NCBI GenBank assembly: GCA_000708835.1
Contig: DF237265.1
Span: 1-64,000 of the forward strand
From: Klebsormidium nitens
Lineage: Eukaryota > Plantae > Klebsormidiophyceae
Length of the DNA: 64,000 bases
Reading direction: 5' to 3'
Part shown: positions 13,101 to 24,995 of the stretch, in pieces
Numbering within the stretch: the first letter of the stretch is position 1
Layout: each line of letters begins with the position of its first letter
Position numbers and translations under genes: made by a program
Notes under the pieces: model-generated
What the model saw: only the letters and a program-made list of their open reading frames with translations
Databases searched by the model: none
What the model was told of the DNA's origin: nothing

Positions 13101-16100
13101 CGAGCTTGTCGCTCTTGCGCGCGGTGGGCCCGCAGAAGAAGCGCAGGTGGACCTTGAGGCGGTCCGGGTAAAACTTGCGGCCGCACCACTTGCACTCTTC
13201 CTTGTCTGGCATCACGTTCTTGCGGTGCTCACTCTCCACGATGCTGTACGTCGTCAGCACCTGCGAGGCAAATGATTCAACAGGATTGAAGCACCTGATA
13301 TGCATTTGCGGGGAAGGCAACCTAAGAAAAGGAAAAGAGAAGAAGGAGGTCAGCGCAGCAGTCTAATTTGGAAGGCAAGAAGGGGATGCTTCCACGCGTG
13401 TCACAGAAACCATGTCCTCTTCAACGATCCAGCCAAACGCTAAGCTCGGTAAATGAGTTCATGGAGACTCTGTTGACATCTTCTGCCGCAAGCGTTCCCA
13501 GCGCCTAAGCTGCTCCAACACGACCATTTCCAGAAAAGCACTGGCAAGTCAATACACAGCACAACAGTAAGATCGTCACCAGCGACACCCAGGTAATCTT
13601 TGCTTGACACTAGAAGGGGAAAGCGGGTACTCACAATGTCGTACTGGGAGAGGACCTCGAAATCGATGTTCCTCTTGGGGCCGTGGTAGACGAGCACCTT
13701 TAAACTCCCAGGGGCAGTGAAGCGTGCAATCTCGCTGCGCCACTGGATGACGGCGACAAGGGGGCACACTACCAGCGTGGCCTTCACCTTGGGGAGGGGC
13801 GGGGCGCTGCACGGATGGGTTTGGATGGGCTTTGGTACCTGGTTGAAAGAGGCCTGACCAGGACGATGATGTGCATTCCTCCACTCCCTGCATCACAACA
13901 CTATGGACAGACGGAAGTGGAAGCATATGAAAATCACAGGTCCACAGGTTCTTAACTGCAACTGATACATCAGACGACCTTGCAGGAAGATAAATAAAAC
14001 CTGTTGACAATGACGCCACTGCGCCAAGGGTACAAGTGCCCCCTGCTTTCAGCTGTGCATTTGACAGCCATTTCCTCCAGCTTTCTTTGATTTGTGACAT
14101 GTAAACCCTTAGCGCACCAAGCTCGTCAGCTGGAGCGATACACAACTCATCCAGTTTTTGAAGCATACAAGCAGAATCCTGCCCTTACCTGGTGGACGGG
14201 CCTGCTGATGTGGACGCGTGCTGGTGGGCGGCCGCCGAACACGCTTGCTTGGTGGCCTGACCCGCCTTGCTGACTGCGGCAGCACTCAGAGGGGGTGGCT
14301 GCGAGTCCTTGTGGAGGTGGCGAGCGGTCACCACGAGAGAGATGGCCTGCAGGCAGTGAAGCACTCGTTTCACCGCTTGATTGCAGGCTTGATGCAGATA
14401 GTGGGTAAACTACCGCTTCATTTAGCTCCTAGAGGGAGATGAAGGAGGCGACCGAAAGCAACAAAAAGAAGAAATGCTCTTTTATCCAATCAACTGGATC
14501 GATTTTCTAGAAGTGCTTCTCACATCGCTCAAGTGACAAGGGCACTGATTTGAAAAGAATGCATGACAGCGTTGGCTGTGACAACCCCTCACCTGAATCG
14601 TTTTGCCCATGCCCATCTCATCTGCCAGGATACCCCCCTTCACACTACCCCGCTCTTGATCAATTGCCCACGCTAACCACTCCTGCATTCGACACAGCAT
14701 ACATCAGCTCAAATTTTCGCCCTTGTCACGCACACCCCATTGATTTGCTTGGCGCCTAAGGGGCACTGCAGATATGGCTGGCTTTCATGCTAGAGAAAAC
14801 ACTCAACTGAGACCCAAGGTGGACCCCAACCAACCTCTGTCTTGCGCTGTGAGAACTTGACAGCCCAAGTTTAGACTGACAACGATGAAGGACTTACCTT
14901 CTGGAAAGGCAGCAGAGGCATGAGCATCTCAGACGGGGGTTCTCTGCAAGAAGCATACGTTGAGGGTCAGAAGCCATGCCAAACCCAAGTCAGCACCCCC
15001 ACAAAGGATCCCACATGTATCTTGAAAACGTGTACTTTATCCCTGAGATTCAACCTCACAGCCTACTCTGGACACATGTGAACAGCCTGAGAATATGAAT
15101 CAGTACCCCACAGCGCAGTTCATAAGGCGGTAGACCCCGGAAACCCCTCATTTATCCAGGACTTGAGATCTATTCAGATGACCATCCTAGGGTTCCACCC
15201 AATGCGGTGGTAGAACTCACAGCTTTGGCTGCGGCCCTGATCGCCGCGTCATTTGGTCTGGATCAACACCTTCTTCGTCGCTGCCGCCCCACACGTTGTA
15301 GTCCCCATCTTCGTCCAGGTTGTGGGGGTTGAGTGGAGCAGCCTTCTTCTTGCCCTTGGCGGCCGGTTTTCTGAAACAGATGATTGCAAACCGTTGTAAG
15401 ATACAAAGACAGAGGAAGAATGGTGTCACTCCGCCAGCAGGGACTCGCTGAACTCATACAGGCAAAACTTCGCAGCAATGTAATGATTCTTAGTACAGAA
15501 TACTGACACAGCATTCAGATGTATCAAGGTGGGAACCAGAAGCCAGCTCAAATTTACTACCTCTGACAACCCACTGGGAAGCTTAAAGCAAAAAATCTTC
15601 ACCTGGCAGCTTTCTTCCCTCCCCCCTTCTTGCTTGCGCTCTTCTTCCGGCCCTTCTTGGCAGGAGCAATGGGCTCCTCATCTGGCGAGCCTTCCTCATC
15701 AGACTCCTCAACCGCCTCACTCTCAGAACCTCCATCCTCGTCTTCAGAGGCCCGGTACTCAGAGCCATCTGATTCAGAGCCGCCAGAATCTTTCTGAACG
15801 ACCACTTTCTGTTTCTTGTTTGCAGCAGCCGCTCTCCTTGCAGTGGGCCGTTTCCGTGGTGCTGCTTTCTGTTTGGCGCTAGCAACCACCACCTCGTCCT
15901 CACTGGAGGAATCTGGAAAAACCCCAGATGTAAGGTAAGAAAGAAAGACTAACCTCATAACAACACACAATACGTGCGAGCTAAGAATGAAATCTTTTGC
16001 GGAGAAGGTCTTGTTGCTCTCAACTCCAGGGGTTCTCTTTGTTTCAAAAACCGGCGACAACGGAAGCAAAGTAAGACCACCTTCATGATCTGGACTCTTC

Positions 16101-16845
16101 TCAGTGTAAGATGGCCCAAAGGACTTCTGCTGATGACAATGGTCAAACGCCATACATTCTGCCATCTTATGCCCTTTAAGCCAACAAAAGGAGTGAACCC
16201 CACAACCACCAAGCAGTAATGGCAAGATAACTAGAACATAGAACACAAAACCCATTTGTCAAGTCTACCAACCGATTTACAGACCCCATGCTCAGGTTTC
16301 ATGTAGAGCACAGCTTCGTCAATTGATGATGACCACGTTCCATATTGACCAGGAAGGTGCATGCTTGAGATGAACGCCTGGTGCATTGCAACAGGCCCTA
16401 GATCAGAGTAAGCAGACCTACTTCAAAACTCATAAGCATCTAATCACATGACATATCAAACCAAGGCGCTTTGATCTGCACCTGATGCGCTCTCCTTTTC
16501 AACCTCCATTGGCTCTGCATCACTGTCGCTTACTGGCACCACCTGACCCGTCACTGCAAGAGAAAATTTGTGCTTATGAAGCAATTGATGAAGTAAGAAA
16601 CAACCGCCACAGGCAGCACATTGATTGGCGCCAGTCTATTGTGAGCATCTTCGATTAAGCTACGTTAGTACGTACATGAACCATTGTGACCGAGGCATCG
16701 AAGCTCCTGGGAAAAGGTGGTGATGCCTTCCGACAACTGAAGTTCCATTACCATTTGATGTGCGCATCCTTTGCAATGAAAGACTTTCATACCCCTCACC
16801 TGCTGCCCTCCCCTTCTTTGCAGCTTTCCTTGCAGGCCGCCCCAT
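4124..16845 (-). CDS. RAD16: RAD16/rhp16-like SNF2-family helicase with RING finger (21 exons)
   Basis: Exons: 16800-16845, 16482-16553, 15603-15912, 15221-15370, 14898-14943, 14593-14682 ([13 protein letters not shown]), 14189-14346, 13635-13887 ([14 protein letters not shown]), 13066-13260, 12171-12536, 11516-11785 (LDE|AH; [15 protein letters not shown]), 9137-9283, 8467-8622, 7938-8060 and 7399-7531 (RING), 6949-7064, 6299-6496, 5682-5761 ([11 protein letters not shown]), 5023-5091 ([18 protein letters not shown]), 4617-4697, 4124-4196. Phases are compatible. The extreme N-terminal exons are less certain. Confidence 0.93.
10595..10964. repeat. Intronic tandem duplication (two about 145-bp copies, period about 223 bp)
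   Basis: 10595-10739 and 10818-10964 are highly similar. A partial third copy (CGATTGGCTGTTCTTAT) lies near 10470. Confidence 0.9.
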
Positions 16846-19164
16846 TGTGACCAAAGAGATCGACCTCTGGTGCTTCTATCGTCAGGGTCTGAAATCAGGA
16901 GCCCTCAGGAACGGGCGCCCTTACAACTGGGCCCCCGTCCTAGCAGAATGGAAAACAAACTCAAGGCTAGCGGAACGGGAAGCTAGAGACGTCGGCCTCG
17001 CTGCCTAGCTCAAGCCTCATCTTGGAAGCCTGCAGTGGATCATCATGATGATGTGGCGAAACAGTTCGCGCCATATTTTGTGTACCGTGCACTCTTCCAA
17101 AAGCTGTGTCATCGGGATGATTGACACCAATTCGAATCCAATACTACAGTACGACTTCTAACTTCTTGCAGTGGTGAATTCTAGACAACTCGCCCAATTC
17201 TCACCATTCTCCCGAGGAAAATCCACGTCTGTTGGCGAATGACCGTGCGATTGGCATGGGGAGATGTGCGCGGTCGATATTGACTGGACTCGGATTCGAC
17301 GATTCGGCAAAACCCCACTGTTGCGCATGCCGGCCGCCGTCCGGCTAGCTCACTGCAGGGCTAGGGCGGCCGCGTGCAGCTATGAAATTCATAGCCTTCA
17401 TCTTGCTGGCATGATGAAGTCCATTGACAGTAATCAGACACATGACCGGCTGTTCCTAAAGAAGAATGCTGCGCGCTGCTCCAGCCTCCAGCTCGGCTAG
17501 CTCAACTCCTCAGGCTGCTCGTCTAGCCGGTGAAAGTCTAATGATGTGCTAATGATCCCCGCAACCGCGTCACAGATGGGACACTGAGAGATATCATTGA
17601 TTTGGGCCAGCATGGAAGAGCGCAACCTAAGGAGGAGTACAATTCTGCAGCGGACTGGCAGGGCGCGCGTGACATGGAAAAGAAAGGTTCTGGCGTTAGC
17701 GAAGGAGGACTTGCATGGAGAAGGCATTCGAGCTCTGGTGGGCTAAGACGACTGAAAACTATCCATGGGTGCCGAAATGTCTAAGCGAAGAAAAAGCGAA
17801 GGAGGGGTTTCGAGAAGAAGTGGAGATTTGTGAGGAGCTTATAAAGAAGCGCAAAGGCTTGATGTACTTTCCAGATGTGCACAGCACAGTACTGAAGAGG
17901 AAGGACAACAGAATCTGGGAAGATGAAAAGGACACTGTACAATGTTGAAAGGTCTCTGCTGCTCTTGAATCCAAGAGCTGCGGGGCAACATCAATATAGA
18001 AGGGTGGAGCAGCACATTGGGTTGGTACGTACAGGCTAGCATATGCAGTAGGCGTTTTCCTGAGGAGTGGCGGCGATAGGTGCGAGGCTCTTCAGCTTAT
18101 TAAAGCTAGAAGATTTGAATGTTTGCCGCCTTGACTAGGTATTTAGCTGCCTTTTGAAGTTGCATTTACCTACATCAGCTATAGGTCGGCCTGCTATCAC
18201 CGGGTCGCTCGACTAATCTGAACAGCAGCCGGCAAAGCAGACATCAGCCGTTCAAGCCTTCCAATTTTGAAAGTGAACTTGGACATCAACGTAGACATTA
18301 TAATATTATTAACACTATTATTATTAATTATTGACACACGAGTGCCAGCATATCATGCTTTCTTTAACTCCGAATGCTGGCGGGCCACCATGATGGTGCC
18401 CGCCAGCTTTAAACTAGGTACCTTGTGCTCACATGCTGATTGGTTTACAGTCGTCGACGGTATGCTCGGATCGCTGTACGTGACGTGACTGCCCTGCAAA
18501 TCGCGATGACAGCTCAGGCCGCGCCTAATTTGGTTGTACGTACGTGGACGTGGACGCGCACTTAAGGACATATGTGCAAAGATCTTAATATTTCTGTACG
18601 CATGAGGCGTCGTCAAGCGCGCGAATGATTGTGGTACTGAAGCCGCTTGAGTAGGTACGTCGGCGGGCAAACAAGAAGCCGCTTTGAAACTGCCATCGGT
18701 GTGCCAGATACATATGTACGTTGAGATATGGTGCACACGCATCGTTGTTGGGAGGCGGTGCACTCCGACGCGCTATACGAATGCTTCGTCACAGCCACTT
18801 AATCGACTTATCGTACGGGAGGTCGTCTGCACCAGCAGGCAGAGACTAGATCGTGTACGTGATAGCAATCAGTTCTTATCAGTTTTACAATATGCCAGCG
18901 CTGTCACTGAACGAGTGACACTGCAGCAAGGGAGAGTTTCCTCCTTGCGGGCTGTTATATGTCAGGTGCATTTCCTTACTCGCACTGATTTACCAAAAGG
19001 AGGAAGACATACATGAATCGCAGTCGGCGCAAAAAAGCTGGTGCCGGGTCCGTCAATTTCCTTCGAGCCAATGACATGTCAACGGACGCAGTCGTGTCCT
19101 GTCCCCTCGATACGTAATCCGACCTAGGGTCCAACCCTAATGATGATTCCTCTCCAGCTCAAAG

Positions 19165-22100
19165 CTATTGCGAGCTTTGTATCGACTCCCCTCCCTCCCC
19201 TTCTTCCGTCGGCGTATCATCGTCCTTCGACGGCCACGTCACCCCCTCCACGTCCCGGATCTCATACTCTTGATCTCCGATCTCATCGGCGTCAAGTACG
19301 CGTCCCAGCCCCTTGAACTCTTCGCTCTCCGGGTCCGGAAGCTCGGCGACCTCCTTCGCCTCCATCCACTCAAAGAAGTCGCCGAATTCGTCGTCCTCCT
19401 CAAACTCCTCCACAAACTCATCCCCCCCCTTTTCTGCCACGAGCTCTTCGATCTCCTCTTCTTCTTCCGGGGTCGCCGCTTCTTCCGTATCTTCCTCTTC
19501 TTGCTCGTCTTCGGGAGCCGGAGGATATAAGCGCATCATGGTGGGATGCTCCCAATCCAAGTCGGACAAGACAGGCAGCAGCCCCATCTGCCGCGCAGTC
19601 TTGATAGCCCGCTCCACCTTGGTCTGGTCCTTTTTCCTGAGTCCCGTCTGCGGCAACAAAACGGCCGGCCAGGATCGGAAACAGTCGAACAAAGAGAAGA
19701 GTTAAGGCGTTCAACCAAACGGGGTTATCAACCGGCTTCCAGCGTGGATTCTCGCTTCTCTACGGATCATTGTTGTCTCATGAATGAGATGAGGTTTCTG
19801 ATTCCCAGAAAAGCATAGCGCCTGAGCACATACTTTTGACCAAGCCACCCTAACGACGGTGAATACATTGGCCTGCAACCAACGCCAGGCCACTATGTGT
19901 CGCTTGCTTTCCCAGCTGCTGCATTGATCAATCAAAGAACTTCTTGAAGTGGGATACCTGTCACTTCGTCAAATACGTCACCCCTTTGCCACCTGTCCTC
20001 GAGATGCAATGCAAAAGGCGAATCAAAACGTGGGAGATGCAACAAGTGTTTAGGTGCGCTAGATGACTTTGACACACTCGGCTTTCTTCTTAAGAGCCAG
20101 CCAACAGCGGGGAACCGACTGTGAAGTTTTCGGCCCGCGTGCAACGAGGAATCCTCGACGCGCCTCGTTGGAAACCATCGGCACAATTCGATGCAGAGGA
20201 AGGAAGAAAAGAGGAAAGTCACGTAGCGGCTCACTTTCTTCCGCGGAATAATGTTGCCCCGTTCGTCGATGAAGTTGTCCAGGAACCCAATATTCTGCAC
20301 ACACGCAGAACCAAGACGTGCTAGTCAAACGCCTGCAAGTAAATCAAACGAAAGCAACGGCCAATTTGACCATCCCAAAGCAGTTTTCTTCAACATCTCG
20401 ACACCTGACACCTCCGAGTCCTGCAAGTAACCCAGAGCAATGCCTAGCGATTCAAACAGTGACGCTGCCAACCTCAAGCGCAAGATGAGTAGTGCCCGGA
20501 CTGTGGATGCAGGAGATTGAGTTCGAAAGCTCGCCAAGAGAGGTGACCCAATGCTCTAAAGAACTGCGCAGAGCAGGGACTGTGCTGACACAGACGGACG
20601 AAAGCCTCATATGGGGGACGGAGCCTGACGTGATTGCGAAGCTGCTGAACAGTCAAGAACCATGTTCTTCGTCCGAAGACCCCGTCAGAATGTTTGCCTT
20701 AACTCTTTCAATCCGTGCGGCAACGACGAACGGTGCTGAAGGAGACATCTCTCTCTGTATGAGGTCATGCAGAGCTTACAGAATTGCTCTACGGGCTCAC
20801 CAGTGGATGGGCGCGTTCTGCAACAAACTCGAAATTTCTCTTTGGGTACTCCCTGTCTGCTCGATCTTCCGGTTCCCGTTCCTGCAGATGAAGGTACATT
20901 CAAGAGGTCATTAATCTCGCATCGACTCAATCGGCTGAGGGGCTAATTGCAGTCTTTGAGCGTATTTACATTTGACGGGCAAGGCAGGGAAGAGGCGCGC
21001 GTCGAATCAATGAAGAAATTCGGCAACATGAAAATTGCCGGGCCAGAAGAAACAACTTTCAAGGTGAATCTGGCGACAGCTACACTTCAATGTGGGCAGG
21101 GAAGAAGATGAAGTGTGTTCGTGCCAAACAAATGGGGCGTGTCCTCACCGGTGCTGCTTGCGGTGCCACCGCCCGCCGCCGCCTCTCCCTCTCGTACGGG
21201 GACAGAGTGGCCCAGTCCTCTTCTTCTTCCTCCTCCCATTCCTCTTCCACGGGCTGGGGCGCTGGCGGCAGCGGCGGCGCAGTCTCTGCGTACATCAACT
21301 GCAAAGGACGCAACGTCAATGTCATTTGTCGATGTCAATCGATGAATATAACTAACGCTTCTCAGGAGACGGGCGCTGGCGACCGCGGTGGCGCAATCTC
21401 GGCATACATCAGCTGCGGGGCGTGAGCACGTATGTTGGAAAATCGGACGCGATTACGCTATCGCAGCAAAGGAACGCAGCGGCCAGTACGTGGCAAGTGC
21501 GGCAGGCACCCAGTGTCCATAAAATGCAAACGAAAGTCTTGCAACGGCAGAAGAAGGAGTGTTCGTAGACATAAGCGTCTTGAAAGAGACAACTTGAAGT
21601 TTTTGCAATTCTAGGAGACCATTGGCAGGATTACGAAATTCACGTTTGACCACCTTATCATTTTTCAATGATGGCACCGACCAGGCTTCCGCTCTGATCC
21701 TTCAAAGCCAGACATCGAGCGACGAATGGTCTCCTCACCTCCTCCAGTGCTTCCGCAGCCCACTCTAGTTCCTCTGCCGCCGTCAGCACCTCGGGATAAA
21801 CGTACGCCATGTCTAGTTCGTCTTGTCGTGGCAATGCGACGTCATCCCCCAACCCCACCGGGATCTTCTGCAAATCTGCCGCAACCGCTAACGGAACCCG
21901 AACCGCCGCTGGCACGTGCGCAAGCGCCGCCGACTCCATGATGATTTCCTGCTCGCTCGACAGCTCCTCAGGTTCTTCCGACTCTAGTTCGTCCCCATCG
22001 GCTTCCGCAAGAGCTTCGGGAGAAACGGTCTTCGGAAGAGGCTCTGTGGCTCTGCCTGACAGCGCAACAGCTTCCGATGCTTTGACTGGAATGCTTCTAC

Positions 22101-24679
22101 CCGCCCGACTCGAGGGTATTGAAAGCCCTGGAGCAGCTTCCGTGTCCCCAACAGACACTGGTCTTCCCGGCAACTCGTCACTTGCGGGAACGCCTGCCGG
22201 TTCTGCTGTTCCTCCCTCGGCAGCTGCCCCTTCCCGCCCTCCTTGCTGCATCGTTTTGAAAACCTCCGCCGCCGCCAGAGCTCGTTCCGACGTGGAGGCC
22301 TTCTCCCCAGCTCTACTTTTTTCAACTGGTCTCACAGGCAGCGTCGTTTCTGCGGCCTTCGATGGAAAAACTCCTTCATCCTGAGAAGCCTTTTCTTCAA
22401 GTCTGATAGTCCCCAGGATCTTTGCTGCTGCAGAAAGGCGGTCGTCTCCGCTTCTGGGCACCCCACCCGATATTCGGCTTCCGTCTACCTTCTGACTAAC
22501 TCTTGGAGTAACCTTTGACGTGCTCTCAACCATGGGTGGCTTTTCCAGGGGGGGTAGCCCGACCTCCGGATCCAACCCCCTGACATTCTCTGCGCCTAAC
22601 CCCTCGACTTCCGCAAAACCCTTGGCTAACTGAAGCTGCTCGTTTTCCCCCGCCTCCAGCCCAGGCGACTCTGCAACTGACGTTGCCCCTCGTTGGTCGC
22701 CGTGACCGACTGTGCTCTCTTTCCCAAGCGTAACTTCCGAGCTCTTCCCATTCGCCCCAGCAATTCCAACCTCCGCGAGTTTCGTCTCGGCGACTTCCGT
22801 TTCCGCCACTCTCGTTTCTGCAGCATTCCTTTCCGCAAGCCCCGCTTCTGCCGCCTCCAGCTCTGCAGCGCCGTCCCGCATCGCCTGCTCTGCTTGTTGC
22901 CTCTGAGCCACAAGTTGCCGCTGCCGCTCTATCAACCTTTCCAGCCATGCTGTAGACCCCGTGCCTGTCGGCGCCCGGGAGGGGGTTCGGGGACGAGGCC
23001 GTCGGGGGTCGCCAAAGATGCCTTGCGCCGGCTTAGGAAGCGCAGGCGCCCCATCTTTCGTAGAGGTGGTGGAAGAAGACGACGCGTCCGCAGGAGGAGC
23101 AGTGTCCTCAAGAGCAGCATCTAGAGAAAGTAGAATGCAACATTTGAGTTTCTAAAAATATGTGCCTATTGTGCAAAGCGACAGTCCCACCCAAAGCAGT
23201 CCTGATTTTTCCGAGTTTGCATGAGCTGCAACTACAAGCTTTAACTCGACCAGCACAAAGACAGCTGCTTAATCAGTAGGTGATAAGTAGCGGGGCGCAA
23301 AAGGGGCACCCCTGCTAATCCGTGCTTGACCAGCGACGTGGGAATCCCTGATTGGCATCACAGAGTTCTGGCCACTTTTCACCTTCTCGATCCTTCTCCT
23401 TCTCAAGCCTGCTCAAGGAATTTCTGAGCAGATAGACGGGAGACGGCCTGGGCCCTTACCTGCAGAGGTGCTGGTCCCTGCCTTTTCCGAGGCTTCAGTG
23501 GCCGCCTTCGACTCTGTACCAGACTCAAGCTCCTCGTCCAACCGCTCCTTGACCAAGTTCCGCCAGTAGCCTGAAATCACAGGATATTCATCAATTTTAA
23601 GGTCCAGCAAAGTGCCTACTATGAAGGCGGTCATGTACTGATGTCTGGTTCCTGGTTTCTGAAAACGCACTGAGCCTCTTCACACCGTGAAATTTGAAGG
23701 AGATTTCGAAATGACAGGAGTGGTGCGGCATTATGCCTCCTGATTAAACCTCATTCAACCCCAATATACAATCTTCTGAAGCTCAAACATGTTCTGGAAC
23801 ACGTGATTGTTTAAGGGACTCCAGGAACCTTGCTTCTCTCTGTCTCCTTTAACCCATTTTCTGCTCATTGACGTCTTGGAAGTTACCATGCTCTCACTCT
23901 GAACAGCCACTGTACCGAAAAAAAAGCCACCACCAAGCCATCAAGTGAATGCCCTTGAATTCCCAATGTTCTTTCCACCAGCCTTGACCTAGTGGAAAAA
24001 ACAGATGTAACGCAAAACGGAGATGCACAAGAATACCATCTGCCGCCACCAGCAAGTGCGAAGCACCATAAGAACGGATTGAAAGAGGCGAAACGAGGTC
24101 CCCTGGCCCTGTCAAATACGTCGGACCTAAGCGCGGCAGTGTCATCAAAGGTGAGATTGGACGGAGGCGCTGGTGTAATTCAGGGCTCTTTAAAATCCAC
24201 AGGACTCTGCTTAATAAACCAACCGACGATGCTTGCCTATACACCACCTATGATCCAGACATTGAGCAGCATGACAGCGTCACCAATCAAACCACATTGC
24301 GAAAAATTTAATGCCTAGCGGGTAGAGATGCATGTTGAGACTTGACGAAGCCCACCATCTTACGGACGCAAATAGCTGAAATTCAGCAGGATCAGTACCA
24401 TCTTCTTACAACCGCTGTAGCGCTCTTACCTTTTTGCAACTTCCCATCTCCGCCGTCATCCGCAGCGGCGGACGCAAAGCCCCTTCTGTCACCAATCGCC
24501 TCTTCCCCTGCCCCAACCAGATCCGTCACGCGCTCTCTCCCATCAAAGACCCCGGGCCCCCCCGGAGAGCTCTGCACGAAGCGCACCTGCCTAGCACCGA
24601 GCAAACTCTCCCAGATCGGCGGCCACACCGCCCCTCCCCCAATCTGACGGAGAGCGGAGCAGCGGGCCGCCTGCATCAT
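19165..24679 (-). CDS. RPS18: Large (about 900 aa) mitochondrion-targeted protein with C-terminal ribosomal bS18 domain
   Basis: Exon 24430-24679 is presequence-like (MMQAARCSALRQ...RRGFAS). Then about 24060-24170 (boundaries uncertain), 23460-about 23660, 21739-23120 (acidic, Ala/Glu/Pro-rich), 21149-21298, 20801-20881, 20235-20294 (NIGFLDNFIDERGNIIPRKK) and 19165-19647 (TGLRKKDQTKVERAIKTARQMGLLP plus an acidic tail). The bS18 motif is clear. Linking all exons into one gene rests on phase continuity. Confidence 0.75.
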
Positions 24680-24995
24680 GCTTGCAGCGGTGCGTTATTG
24701 GCATTTGACGCCACTGAAGGCGGCAGTCAGAAGCACCACTGCTGACTCAAGTTGCACAGCAAGGGAGGGCGCCATTGGAAAGACTTCAGCCGTCATATGT
24801 TCAGCTCAAGCGACGGTGGCCGTCCACCATTGCCAGCGCAATCATGATCACAGACGAAGGATCACAGATATTCAGCAGTCTAGTTACATCAAGCCTATCG
24901 TTACCACCTTGTGCGACAATCGTTATCGATACGCACTGCTCTAGTTTCTCGGAAAGCATATGCAAGCTAGCCGCCGCGACGCAATCTGCACCGAC

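Noticed and set aside
20412-20420. Possible 9-nt micro-exon (DSE) before the bS18 core
   Set aside because: The acceptor is good but the donor (GTGTCA) is weak, and the frame is preserved without it.
21809-23124. Several long plus-strand ORFs (191, 143 aa)
   Set aside because: They are antisense shadows of the GC-rich 1382-nt S18-gene exon.
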